From Mycobacterium tuberculosis H37Rv (GTDB taxonomy: Bacteria; Actinomycetota; Actinomycetes; Mycobacteriales; Mycobacteriaceae): a stretch of DNA of 32,000 bases. Every line of letters starts with the position of its first letter. The first letter of the stretch is position 1. Below, in pieces: positions 1-8,928 of the stretch. The stretch covers positions 2,070,001-2,102,000 of the forward strand of contig NC_000962.3 of the NCBI RefSeq assembly GCF_000195955.2. The letters are read 5' to 3'. A program made the position numbers and the translations under genes. The notes beneath the pieces were generated by a model. It was given only the letters and a program-made list of their open reading frames with translations. It was not told the DNA's origin and searched no databases.

Positions 1-1
1 C

Positions 2-625
2 CAACAGTTGCTCGTTGCGAGTGTGCGATCAACCCAGGCCGCCGCGACCACGTTGGCTCAACGGCGCAGCACACTCTCGGCGAAAGTCGACGACGTGCGG
101 CGGATCGTACTCGCAGACGACGCCGAGGGACAGCGGCTGCTGGCCCGTCTCGACGTGCTTAGCCTGGCCGCGGCCAGCGCACCGGTTGTCGGGCCTGGTC
201 TGACGGTGACCGTGACCGATCCCGGTGCGAGCCCTAATCTTTCCGACGTGTCCAAGCAGCGGGTCAGCGGTAGCCAGCAAATCATCCTCGACCGCGATTT
301 GCAGCTCGTCGTCAACTCACTGTGGGAAAGTGGCGCCGAGGCCATCTCGATCGATGGCGTCCGGATCGGGCCGAACGTCACGATCCGGCAAGCCGGCGGA
401 GCAATCTTGGTCGACAATAATCCCACGAGTAGTCCCTACACCATCTTGGCGGTCGGGCCGCCACATGCCATGCAGGACGTCTTCGATCGCAGCGCCGGGC
501 TGTACCGCCTGCGGCTGCTGGAGACCTCCTACGGTGTCGGCGTCAGTGTGAACGTCGGCGACGGTCTGGCATTGCCTGCCGGTGCGACCCGGGATGTCAA
601 GTTCGCCAAACAGATTGGGCCCTAG
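2..625 (+). CDS. DUF881 family protein, 5'-truncated by the window edge (Rv1823-like)
   Basis: Open frame runs in from the window start to a TAG at 623-625. Contains [12 protein letters not shown] and [19 protein letters not shown], typical of DUF881, and is paralogous to the 1036-1914 product. Confidence 0.85.
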
Positions 626-653
626 TGAGAGAAGTCCTGGTGAATAGGAAACC

Positions 654-1019
654 ATGGGGAGCGATACGGCCTGGAGTCCGGCGCGCATGATCGGGATCGC
701 GGCGCTCGCCGTTGGAATCGTGCTGGGTTTGGTTTTCCATCCCGGCGTGCCAGAGGTCATCCAGCCGTATCTGCCGATCGCGGTGGTCGCCGCGCTCGAC
801 GCGGTGTTCGGTGGCTTGCGCGCCTATCTCGAGCGGATCTTTGACCCGAAGGTCTTCGTGGTTTCGTTCGTGTTCAACGTTTTGGTGGCTGCCCTAATCG
901 TCTATGTCGGTGACCAACTGGGCGTCGGCACACAGTTGTCCACCGCGATCATCGTCGTGCTGGGCATCCGCATCTTCGGCAACACCGCGGCCTTGCGGCG
1001 GCGGTTGTTCGGAGCGTGA
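654..1019 (+). CDS. Small basic membrane protein (DUF1290/SBP family, Rv1824-like)
   Basis: 121 aa ORF, very hydrophobic (IGIAALAVGIVLGLVFHP, LSTAIIVVLGIRIFGNTA), lying between two DUF881 genes, the usual context for this family. Confidence 0.85.
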   Translation: MGSDTAWSPARMIGIAALAVGIVLGLVFHPGVPEVIQPYLPIAVVAALDAVFGGLRAYLERIFDPKVFVVSFVFNVLVAALIVYVGDQLGVGTQLSTAIIVVLGIRIFGNTAALRRRLFGA

Positions 1020-1035
1020 CGGAGATGAGATCACC

Positions 1036-1914
1036 GTGAGTGAGAATCGCCCAGAACCCGTGGCAGCCGAGACTTCCGCCGCCACAACTGCGCGTCACTC
1101 CCAAGCCGACGCGGGCGCTCACGACGCCGTGCGACGTGGTCGTCACGAACTACCAGCCGACCATCCGCGCTCCAAGGTCGGACCGCTGCGGCGGACAAGA
1201 TTGACCGAAATACTGCGGGGTGGTCGCTCGCGTCTGGTGTTCGGGACGCTTGCGATCTTGTTGTGCTTGGTTCTGGGGGTTGCCATAGTCACTCAGGTCC
1301 GTCAGACCGACTCCGGTGATTCATTGGAAACAGCCCGTCCTGCAGACCTATTGGTGTTGTTGGATTCGTTGCGGCAACGCGAGGCCACGTTGAACGCCGA
1401 AGTGATCGACCTTCAGAACACGCTGAACGCGTTGCAGGCATCCGGCAACACCGATCAGGCAGCGTTAGAAAGCGCCCAGGCTAGATTGGCCGCGTTGTCC
1501 ATCCTGGTCGGCGCCGTGGGTGCCACCGGGCCGGGCGTCATGATAACGATCGACGATCCGGGACCCGGAGTAGCGCCTGAGGTGATGATCGACGTGATCA
1601 ACGAACTGCGTGCCGCTGGAGCCGAGGCGATCCAGATCAACGATGCACACCGGTCGGTGCGGGTCGGGGTTGACACCTGGGTTGTCGGTGTGCCCGGCTC
1701 ACTGACAGTCGACACCAAGGTCCTGTCCCCGCCGTATTCGATTCTGGCGATTGGTGATCCTCCAACGCTGGCCGCGGCGATGAACATTCCTGGTGGTGCA
1801 CAGGACGGTGTCAAACGCGTCGGCGGGCGGATGGTTGTGCAGCAGGCCGACCGTGTGGACGTGACCGCCTTGCGGCAACCAAAACAGCACCAATACGCTC
1901 AGCCCGTCAAGTGA
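1036..1914 (+). CDS. DUF881 family membrane-anchored protein (Rv1825-like)
   Basis: Preferred GTG start at 1036 gives 292 aa. The track ORF starting at 904 overlaps the upstream gene. One TM segment (LVFGTLAILLCLVLGVAIV), a coiled-coil-like region, then GPGVMITIDDPGPGV. Confidence 0.85.
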   Translation: MSENRPEPVAAETSAATTARHSQADAGAHDAVRRGRHELPADHPRSKVGPLRRTRLTEILRGGRSRLVFGTLAILLCLVLGVAIVTQVRQTDSGDSLETARPADLLVLLDSLRQREATLNAEVIDLQNTLNALQASGNTDQAALESAQARLAALSILVGAVGATGPGVMITIDDPGPGVAPEVMIDVINELRAAGAEAIQINDAHRSVRVGVDTWVVGVPGSLTVDTKVLSPPYSILAIGDPPTLAAAMNIPGGAQDGVKRVGGRMVVQQADRVDVTALRQPKQHQYAQPVK

Positions 1915-1951
1915 ACTAGCCCAACTCCGAGCCGACCAGAATAGGATTACC

Positions 1952-2356
1952 GTGAGCGATATCCCGTCCGATCTGCACTACACCGCCGAACACGAGTGGA
2001 TTCGCCGCAGTGGCGACGACACCGTCCGGGTGGGGATCACCGACTATGCACAGTCGGCGCTTGGCGACGTCGTTTTCGTTCAGCTACCCGTTATCGGCAC
2101 CGCGGTCACCGCCGGCGAGACCTTCGGCGAAGTGGAATCGACGAAATCTGTGTCGGATCTCTATGCGCCCATTTCGGGTAAGGTGTCTGAGGTCAACAGC
2201 GATCTGGACGGCACTCCGCAATTGGTGAATTCCGACCCCTACGGAGCCGGCTGGCTGCTGGACATCCAGGTCGACAGCTCGGATGTCGCTGCCCTGGAGT
2301 CAGCTTTGACGACACTGCTCGACGCTGAGGCCTACCGCGGCACACTGACCGAGTGA
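1952..2356 (+). CDS. gcvH: Glycine cleavage system H protein
   Basis: 134 aa. Lipoyl-lysine context FGEVESTKSVSDLYAPISGKVSEVN; N-terminus DLHYTAEHEWIR. Confidence 0.97.
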   Translation: MSDIPSDLHYTAEHEWIRRSGDDTVRVGITDYAQSALGDVVFVQLPVIGTAVTAGETFGEVESTKSVSDLYAPISGKVSEVNSDLDGTPQLVNSDPYGAGWLLDIQVDSSDVAALESALTTLLDAEAYRGTLTE

Positions 2357-2595
2357 CGATTGCTAAGGTCCCTGCCAGCGTCACGTGGGAGGTCGCGGGT
2401 CTGCACGGATCCGGGCCGGGCAGGGCAATCGAGCCTGGGATCCGCTGGGGTGCGCACATCGCGGACCCGTGCGCGGTACGGTCGAGACAGCGGCACGAGA
2501 AAGTAGTAAGGGCGATAATAGGCGGTAAAGAGTAGCGGGAAGCCGGCCGAACGACTCGGTCAGACAACGCCACAGCGGCCAGTGAGGAGCAGCGG

Positions 2596-3084
2596 GTGAC
2601 GGACATGAACCCGGATATTGAGAAGGACCAGACCTCCGATGAAGTCACGGTAGAGACGACCTCCGTCTTCCGCGCAGACTTCCTCAGCGAGCTGGACGCT
2701 CCTGCGCAAGCGGGTACGGAGAGCGCGGTCTCCGGGGTGGAAGGGCTCCCGCCGGGCTCGGCGTTGCTGGTAGTCAAACGAGGCCCCAACGCCGGGTCCC
2801 GGTTCCTACTCGACCAAGCCATCACGTCGGCTGGTCGGCATCCCGACAGCGACATATTTCTCGACGACGTGACCGTGAGCCGTCGCCATGCTGAATTCCG
2901 GTTGGAAAACAACGAATTCAATGTCGTCGATGTCGGGAGTCTCAACGGCACCTACGTCAACCGCGAGCCCGTGGATTCGGCGGTGCTGGCGAACGGCGAC
3001 GAGGTCCAGATCGGCAAGTTCCGGTTGGTGTTCTTGACCGGACCCAAGCAAGGCGAGGATGACGGGAGTACCGGGGGCCCGTGA
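2596..3084 (+). CDS. garA: FHA-domain regulator GarA
   Basis: 162 aa. N-terminal TVETTSVF phospho-threonine motif, FHA core ([22 protein letters not shown]...[15 protein letters not shown]). Confidence 0.96.
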
Positions 3085-3824
3085 GCGCACCCGATAGCCC
3101 CGCGCTGGCCGGGATGTCGATCGGGGCGGTCCTCGACCTGCTACGACCGGATTTTCCTGATGTCACCATCTCCAAGATTCGATTCTTGGAGGCTGAGGGT
3201 CTGGTGACGCCCCGGCGGGCCTCATCGGGGTATCGGCGGTTCACCGCATACGACTGCGCACGGCTGCGATTCATTCTCACTGCCCAGAGGGACCATTACC
3301 TGCCGCTGAAGGTGATCAGGGCCCAGCTGGACGCCCAGCCCGACGGTGAGTTGCCACCATTCGGATCTCCTTACGTTCTACCGCGATTGGTGCCCGTAGC
3401 CGGCGACAGTGCTGGCGGCGTCGGGTCGGACACCGCGTCCGTGTCGCTCACGGGTATCCGGCTCAGTCGGGAAGACCTCCTGGAACGATCGGAAGTGGCC
3501 GACGAGCTACTGACGGCCCTGCTCAAAGCCGGTGTGATCACCACCGGGCCGGGCGGCTTCTTCGACGAACACGCCGTCGTGATCCTGCAATGCGCACGAG
3601 CGCTGGCCGAATACGGCGTCGAGCCGCGGCATCTACGCGCCTTCCGCTCCGCGGCCGACCGGCAGTCCGACCTGATTGCCCAGATTGCCGGCCCGCTCGT
3701 CAAGGCCGGCAAGGCCGGTGCCCGCGACCGGGCCGACGACTTGGCCCGTGAGGTGGCCGCGCTTGCTATAACTTTGCACACGTCGCTGATCAAGTCTGCG
3801 GTTCGCGACGTTCTTCACCGCTGA
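3081..3824 (+). CDS. MerR-family transcriptional regulator (Rv1828-like)
   Basis: 247 aa. Starts GTGA, overlapping the garA stop by 4 nt. MerR HTH region: [55 protein letters not shown]. Confidence 0.92.
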
Positions 3825-3942
3825 GGACTAGACTTCGTTCGACAGCTTGGTGTTCGACGTCACGGTAGAGACGTGGCGCCCACCGCGTCGTCGCACCGAG
3901 CGTGAGTCGGACACCGGTTGCATGTGCGGAGGGCAGACGCAG

Positions 3943-4437
3943 ATGGGTGAAGTTCGTGTTGTCGGCATTCGCGTCGAGCAGCCGCAGAACCAGCCGGTGC
4001 TGTTATTGCGCGAGGCCAACGGTGATCGATACCTGCCGATCTGGATCGGCCAGTCGGAGGCTGCCGCTATCGCGCTGGAGCAGCAAGGCGTCGAGCCGCC
4101 ACGTCCGCTGACCCATGATCTGATCAGGGATCTCATTGCTGCGCTGGGGCATTCGCTCAAAGAGGTGCGCATTGTAGACCTGCAGGAAGGAACTTTCTAC
4201 GCTGATCTGATCTTCGACCGCAATATCAAGGTGTCCGCCCGTCCCTCGGACTCGGTGGCAATCGCATTGCGAGTGGGTGTTCCGATCTACGTCGAGGAGG
4301 CCGTACTAGCCCAGGCCGGTCTGCTGATTCCCGACGAAAGTGACGAGGAGGCCACCACCGCTGTTCGCGAGGACGAGGTGGAGAAATTCAAAGAGTTTCT
4401 CGACAGTGTGTCACCTGACGATTTCAAGGCCACCTAG
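3943..4437 (+). CDS. DUF151 / bifunctional nuclease-like protein (Rv1829-like)
   Basis: 164 aa from ATG 3943 (in-frame starts at 3922 and 3847 also exist). Motifs RYLPIWIGQSEAAAIALEQQGVEPPRPLTHDL and ARPSDSVAIALRVGVPIYVEE. Confidence 0.88.
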   Translation: MGEVRVVGIRVEQPQNQPVLLLREANGDRYLPIWIGQSEAAAIALEQQGVEPPRPLTHDLIRDLIAALGHSLKEVRIVDLQEGTFYADLIFDRNIKVSARPSDSVAIALRVGVPIYVEEAVLAQAGLLIPDESDEEATTAVREDEVEKFKEFLDSVSPDDFKAT

Positions 4438-4636
4438 CGCGGCGACGATGCGCGCCGGGACGGCGGGCTGAGGAGGCGCGCGATAAGGCCGAGCGCGGCG
4501 ACGATGCGCGCCGGGACGGCGGGCTGAGGAGGCGCGCGATAAGGCCGAGCGCGGCGACGATGCGCGCCGGGACGGCGGGCTGAGGAGGCGCGCGATAAGG
4601 CCGAGCGCGGCGACGATGCGCGCCGCGACGGCGAGC
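4437..4636. repeat. Tandem repeat/VNTR: three identical 56-bp units plus a 32-bp partial unit
   Basis: Unit GCGCGGCGACGATGCGCGCCGGGACGGCGGGCTGAGGAGGCGCGCGATAAGGCCGA at 4437-4492, 4493-4548 and 4549-4604. Partial diverged copy 4605-4636 (GCGCGGCGACGATGCGCGCCGCGACGGCGAGC). Confidence 0.98.
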
Positions 4637-4840
4637 ATCCATTATTTGCCGGCCAGCAACGTCACGGCTGCGTCTCATCTCTGGCTGCAATTGTCGACAC
4701 GCCTAGCGGTTAGTGCCTAATGCGCCCGGCGACCGCGATACTTTGATCACGACCTGATAGTTAACCGGGAGCATCGCGCCCATCGAACAGCGTATGCTCT
4801 CTAACACTCGGGCCCTCAGTAATGGCTGTCGGGGGAGCCA

Positions 4841-5518
4841 GTGACGCAGCTAGTGACAAGAGCGCGATCGGCGAGAGGAAGCACCTTGGGCGAGCAGCCA
4901 CGTCAAGACCAGCTCGACTTTGCTGACCACACGGGCACTGCTGGTGATGGTAACGACGGCGCCGCTGCGGCCAGCGGACCCGTGCAGCCCGGCCTGTTCC
5001 CCGACGATTCCGTTCCTGACGAGTTGGTAGGTTATCGCGGACCGAGCGCCTGCCAGATCGCTGGGATCACCTACCGCCAGCTCGACTATTGGGCGCGCAC
5101 ATCGTTGGTTGTGCCGTCGATCCGTAGTGCGGCAGGATCCGGCAGCCAGCGGCTGTACTCGTTCAAGGACATCTTGGTTCTCAAGATCGTCAAACGGTTG
5201 CTCGACACCGGTATCTCGCTGCACAACATCCGGGTTGCAGTTGACCATCTGCGCCAGCGTGGCGTCCAGGATCTGGCCAACATCACCTTGTTCTCCGATG
5301 GGACCACCGTGTACGAGTGCACGTCGGCCGAGGAGGTCGTCGACCTCCTGCAGGGCGGCCAGGGTGTGTTCGGCATCGCCGTCTCGGGCGCGATGCGGGA
5401 GCTGACGGGTGTTATCGCCGACTTCCACGGTGAGCGCGCCGACGGCGGGGAGTCGATTGCTGCCCCCGAAGATGAACTGGCCTCCCGACGCAAGCATCGC
5501 GACCGCAAGATCGGCTAG
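4841..5518 (+). CDS. resR: MerR-family regulator (Rv1830-like; called ResR in recent literature)
   Basis: 225 aa, GTG start. MerR HTH: [73 protein letters not shown]. The symbol is recalled from the literature. Confidence 0.88.
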
Positions 5519-5534
5519 CCGAGAGTTCCCCCGC

Positions 5535-5590
5535 GAACAGACACAGAATCGCACGCGGCAGGCTCCTCGGATGCGATTGTGTGTCTGCTC
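5535..5590 (+). terminator. Long inverted repeat downstream of Rv1830, probable transcription terminator
   Basis: Left arm GAACAGACACAGAATCGCA (5535-5553) against right arm TGCGATTGTGTGTCTGCTC (5572-5590): 17 of 19 positions pair, 18-nt loop. Starts 17 nt after the stop; no clear U-tract. Confidence 0.6.
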
Positions 5591-5828
5591 GGCAGTAGAC
5601 TGGACAACGCATCGCTCTAGTGCGGGAGAGTTCTGTGGCTGCCAGCTACGGACGCCGAAGGAGCAATACCTCTCCGTCAACCTCTCAGGCACCCGGACCG
5701 CGCGAGACTACGATGCCTCTGGAAAGCGGTGGCGACCCCTGGCGGTCCTCACCCGCCGATGGGGAAAGGCGATTCACCTGACGGTGGACAGAGTCGCCGA
5801 ATCTCTCAGGCGCCTGGCGTGCAGGTGA
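5571..5828 (+). other. 85-aa ORF corresponding to hypothetical protein Rv1831; probably not a real gene
   Basis: ATG 5571 to TGA 5828 is an open frame, but it lies across the whole tandem glycine riboswitch and starts next to a terminator-like hairpin arm. Confidence 0.7.
5622..5815 (+). promoter_or_regulatory. Tandem glycine riboswitch upstream of gcvB
   Basis: Aptamer 1 about 5622-5700: GCGGGAGAG...GACGCCGAAGGAGCAA...CTCTCAGGCACC. Aptamer 2 about 5710-5815: ATGCCTCTGGAAAGC...CACCCGCCGATGGGGAAAGGC...GTCGCCGAATCTCTCAGGCGCC. Conserved aptamer cores, placed directly upstream of glycine dehydrogenase. Confidence 0.93.
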
Positions 5829-5876
5829 AGACAGAGGGAGAGGGCCGCTAGTCCTCTGCTTTGTCAGGAGTTCACC

Positions 5877-8702
5877 GTGTCCGACCATTCGACGTTCGCA
5901 GACCGGCACATCGGTCTGGACAGCCAGGCCGTCGCGACCATGCTCGCCGTGATCGGGGTGGATTCGCTCGATGACCTGGCAGTCAAGGCGGTCCCGGCGG
6001 GCATCCTAGACACACTCACCGACACCGGAGCCGCACCGGGTTTGGACAGTCTGCCACCGGCTGCCAGCGAAGCCGAGGCGCTGGCCGAGCTGCGAGCGCT
6101 GGCCGACGCTAACACCGTCGCCGTGTCGATGATCGGGCAAGGCTACTACGACACACACACCCCCCCGGTGCTGTTGCGCAACATCATCGAGAACCCGGCC
6201 TGGTATACCGCCTACACGCCGTACCAGCCCGAGATTAGTCAGGGTCGGCTGGAAGCCTTGCTGAACTTCCAGACCCTGGTCACCGATCTGACCGGCCTCG
6301 AGATCGCGAACGCGTCGATGCTCGACGAGGGCACCGCGGCGGCCGAGGCCATGACTTTGATGCACCGCGCGGCCCGCGGGCCGGTGAAGAGGGTGGTCGT
6401 GGACGCCGACGTGTTCACCCAGACCGCGGCGGTGCTGGCCACCCGCGCCAAGCCGCTGGGTATCGAGATCGTCACGGCCGACCTGCGCGCCGGTCTGCCC
6501 GACGGCGAATTTTTCGGCGTCATCGCCCAGCTGCCCGGGGCCAGCGGCCGGATCACCGACTGGTCTGCCCTGGTGCAACAGGCCCACGACCGTGGCGCAC
6601 TGGTGGCCGTCGGCGCCGACTTGTTGGCGCTGACGCTGATCGCGCCGCCCGGAGAGATCGGCGCTGACGTCGCCTTTGGCACCACACAACGGTTCGGAGT
6701 GCCGATGGGGTTTGGCGGCCCGCATGCCGGGTACCTTGCGGTGCACGCCAAGCATGCGCGTCAGCTGCCCGGCCGGCTGGTCGGTGTGTCCGTCGACAGT
6801 GACGGCACGCCGGCCTATCGGTTGGCGCTGCAGACTCGCGAGCAACACATCCGCCGCGACAAGGCCACCAGCAACATCTGCACCGCACAAGTGCTGTTGG
6901 CGGTGCTTGCCGCGATGTACGCGAGCTACCACGGCGCGGGCGGGCTGACCGCCATCGCACGCCGGGTGCATGCCCACGCCGAGGCTATCGCCGGTGCACT
7001 GGGCGATGCGTTGGTGCACGACAAGTACTTCGACACGGTGTTGGCCCGGGTGCCCGGTCGTGCCGACGAGGTGCTGGCCAGGGCCAAGGCCAACGGCATC
7101 AACCTGTGGCGTGTCGACGCCGACCATGTGTCGGTAGCCTGCGACGAAGCCACCACTGACACCCACGTGGCGGTCGTTCTGGACGCGTTCGGTGTAGCGG
7201 CCGCCGCACCCGCCCATACGGACATCGCAACGCGCACATCGGAGTTCCTGACGCATCCAGCGTTCACGCAATACCGCACCGAGACGTCGATGATGCGGTA
7301 CTTGCGTGCGCTGGCGGATAAGGATATTGCCCTCGACCGCAGCATGATTCCGCTCGGCTCGTGCACGATGAAACTCAACGCCGCCGCCGAGATGGAGTCG
7401 ATTACCTGGCCTGAATTCGGGCGTCAGCATCCATTTGCCCCGGCATCTGATACCGCTGGGCTGCGTCAACTTGTTGCCGACCTACAGAGTTGGCTGGTGC
7501 TGATCACCGGTTATGACGCGGTGTCGCTGCAACCTAACGCGGGCTCGCAAGGCGAGTATGCGGGCCTATTGGCGATCCACGAGTACCACGCCAGCCGGGG
7601 TGAACCGCATCGCGACATCTGCCTGATCCCGTCCAGCGCGCACGGCACCAATGCCGCGTCAGCCGCCTTGGCCGGCATGCGCGTGGTGGTGGTGGACTGC
7701 CACGACAACGGCGACGTCGACCTCGATGACCTGCGCGCTAAGGTCGGGGAGCATGCCGAGCGGTTGTCGGCGCTAATGATCACCTACCCGTCCACTCACG
7801 GCGTGTACGAACACGACATCGCCGAGATCTGCGCTGCCGTGCACGACGCGGGCGGCCAGGTATACGTCGACGGAGCCAACCTCAACGCCCTGGTCGGCCT
7901 GGCCCGGCCGGGCAAGTTCGGCGGTGACGTCAGTCACCTCAACCTACACAAGACATTCTGCATTCCGCACGGCGGCGGTGGCCCAGGCGTCGGCCCGGTG
8001 GCGGTGCGGGCGCACCTGGCACCGTTTCTGCCAGGTCACCCCTTCGCCCCCGAGCTGCCCAAGGGCTATCCGGTGTCGTCGGCACCATATGGGTCGGCTT
8101 CGATTCTTCCGATCACCTGGGCATACATCCGGATGATGGGGGCTGAGGGACTGCGGGCGGCATCGCTGACAGCGATCACGTCGGCTAACTACATTGCGCG
8201 CCGCCTTGACGAGTATTACCCGGTGCTGTACACCGGCGAGAACGGCATGGTCGCCCACGAGTGCATCCTGGACTTGCGCGGTATCACTAAGTTGACCGGT
8301 ATCACCGTCGACGATGTCGCAAAACGGCTGGCAGACTATGGTTTTCACGCACCAACGATGAGTTTTCCGGTGGCCGGTACGCTCATGGTGGAGCCCACCG
8401 AGAGCGAGAGCCTGGCCGAAGTGGACGCCTTCTGCGAGGCCATGATCGGCATCCGCGCCGAGATCGACAAAGTCGGGGCCGGGGAGTGGCCTGTCGACGA
8501 CAATCCGCTGCGCGGCGCACCGCACACCGCGCAGTGCCTGCTGGCGTCTGATTGGGACCACCCGTATACGCGGGAACAGGCCGCCTACCCGCTCGGCACC
8601 GCATTCCGACCCAAGGTTTGGCCCGCGGTACGTCGCATCGACGGCGCCTACGGGGATCGCAACCTGGTCTGCTCATGCCCGCCGGTAGAGGCTTTTGCCT
8701 AA
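5877..8702 (+). CDS. gcvB: Glycine dehydrogenase (decarboxylating), fused P-protein
   Basis: 941 aa. PLP-lysine motif [25 protein letters not shown]; N-terminal FADRHIGLD; [13 protein letters not shown]. Confidence 0.97.
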   Translation: MSDHSTFADRHIGLDSQAVATMLAVIGVDSLDDLAVKAVPAGILDTLTDTGAAPGLDSLPPAASEAEALAELRALADANTVAVSMIGQGYYDTHTPPVLLRNIIENPAWYTAYTPYQPEISQGRLEALLNFQTLVTDLTGLEIANASMLDEGTAAAEAMTLMHRAARGPVKRVVVDADVFTQTAAVLATRAKPLGIEIVTADLRAGLPDGEFFGVIAQLPGASGRITDWSALVQQAHDRGALVAVGADLLALTLIAPPGEIGADVAFGTTQRFGVPMGFGGPHAGYLAVHAKHARQLPGRLVGVSVDSDGTPAYRLALQTREQHIRRDKATSNICTAQVLLAVLAAMYASYHGAGGLTAIARRVHAHAEAIAGALGDALVHDKYFDTVLARVPGRADEVLARAKANGINLWRVDADHVSVACDEATTDTHVAVVLDAFGVAAAAPAHTDIATRTSEFLTHPAFTQYRTETSMMRYLRALADKDIALDRSMIPLGSCTMKLNAAAEMESITWPEFGRQHPFAPASDTAGLRQLVADLQSWLVLITGYDAVSLQPNAGSQGEYAGLLAIHEYHASRGEPHRDICLIPSSAHGTNAASAALAGMRVVVVDCHDNGDVDLDDLRAKVGEHAERLSALMITYPSTHGVYEHDIAEICAAVHDAGGQVYVDGANLNALVGLARPGKFGGDVSHLNLHKTFCIPHGGGGPGVGPVAVRAHLAPFLPGHPFAPELPKGYPVSSAPYGSASILPITWAYIRMMGAEGLRAASLTAITSANYIARRLDEYYPVLYTGENGMVAHECILDLRGITKLTGITVDDVAKRLADYGFHAPTMSFPVAGTLMVEPTESESLAEVDAFCEAMIGIRAEIDKVGAGEWPVDDNPLRGAPHTAQCLLASDWDHPYTREQAAYPLGTAFRPKVWPAVRRIDGAYGDRNLVCSCPPVEAFA

Positions 8703-8709
8703 ACGCTCG

Positions 8710-8728
8710 TCGACCGGCCCCCGGTCGA
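8710..8728 (+). terminator. Hairpin 8 nt after the gcvB stop
   Basis: TCGACCGG-CCC-CCGGTCGA perfect 8-bp stem (8710-8717/8721-8728). Lacks a U-tract, so termination is inferred. Confidence 0.5.
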
Positions 8729-8928
8729 GCTCGAGGCCCGGGTGCTACTGGGTGGGTAGCTGACGTGTCGGCTGCTATGGGTCGTTGTCGGGGTTGCGGA
8801 GTTTTTCGGGGTGGCGGCAGGTGTTGGTGCGGGGTTGACCGTGGTCGGAGGTGGGGTGGGGAGCTATTCGGTGTCGCCACCCGCGCTCCAACAATGCCAG
8901 CTGTTGCGGGGTGCTCAGCGACAAAGGT

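Noticed and set aside
904-1035. Upstream-extended start for the second DUF881 gene as given in the ORF track
   Set aside because: The extension overlaps most of the end of the preceding small membrane protein gene, whereas GTG 1036 fits the spacing (ACGGAGATGAG upstream) and expected length.
4437-4636. Considered whether this array is a CRISPR
   Set aside because: Units are directly abutting identical 56-mers with no unique spacers and no cas genes in the window.
4411-4690. Minus-strand ORFs (75 and 88 aa) and their repeated peptide RRRARPYRAPPQPAVPARIVAAL across the VNTR
   Set aside because: The peptide repetition simply reflects the 56-bp DNA repeat; 56 is not divisible by 3, so successive units are read in different frames. 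No coding evidence.
6006-7469. 487-aa ORF antisense to gcvB
   Set aside because: It lies wholly opposite a well-supported conserved enzyme. Its composition (Arg/Gly/Val/Gln-rich, no domain motifs) is what high-GC complementary frames produce.
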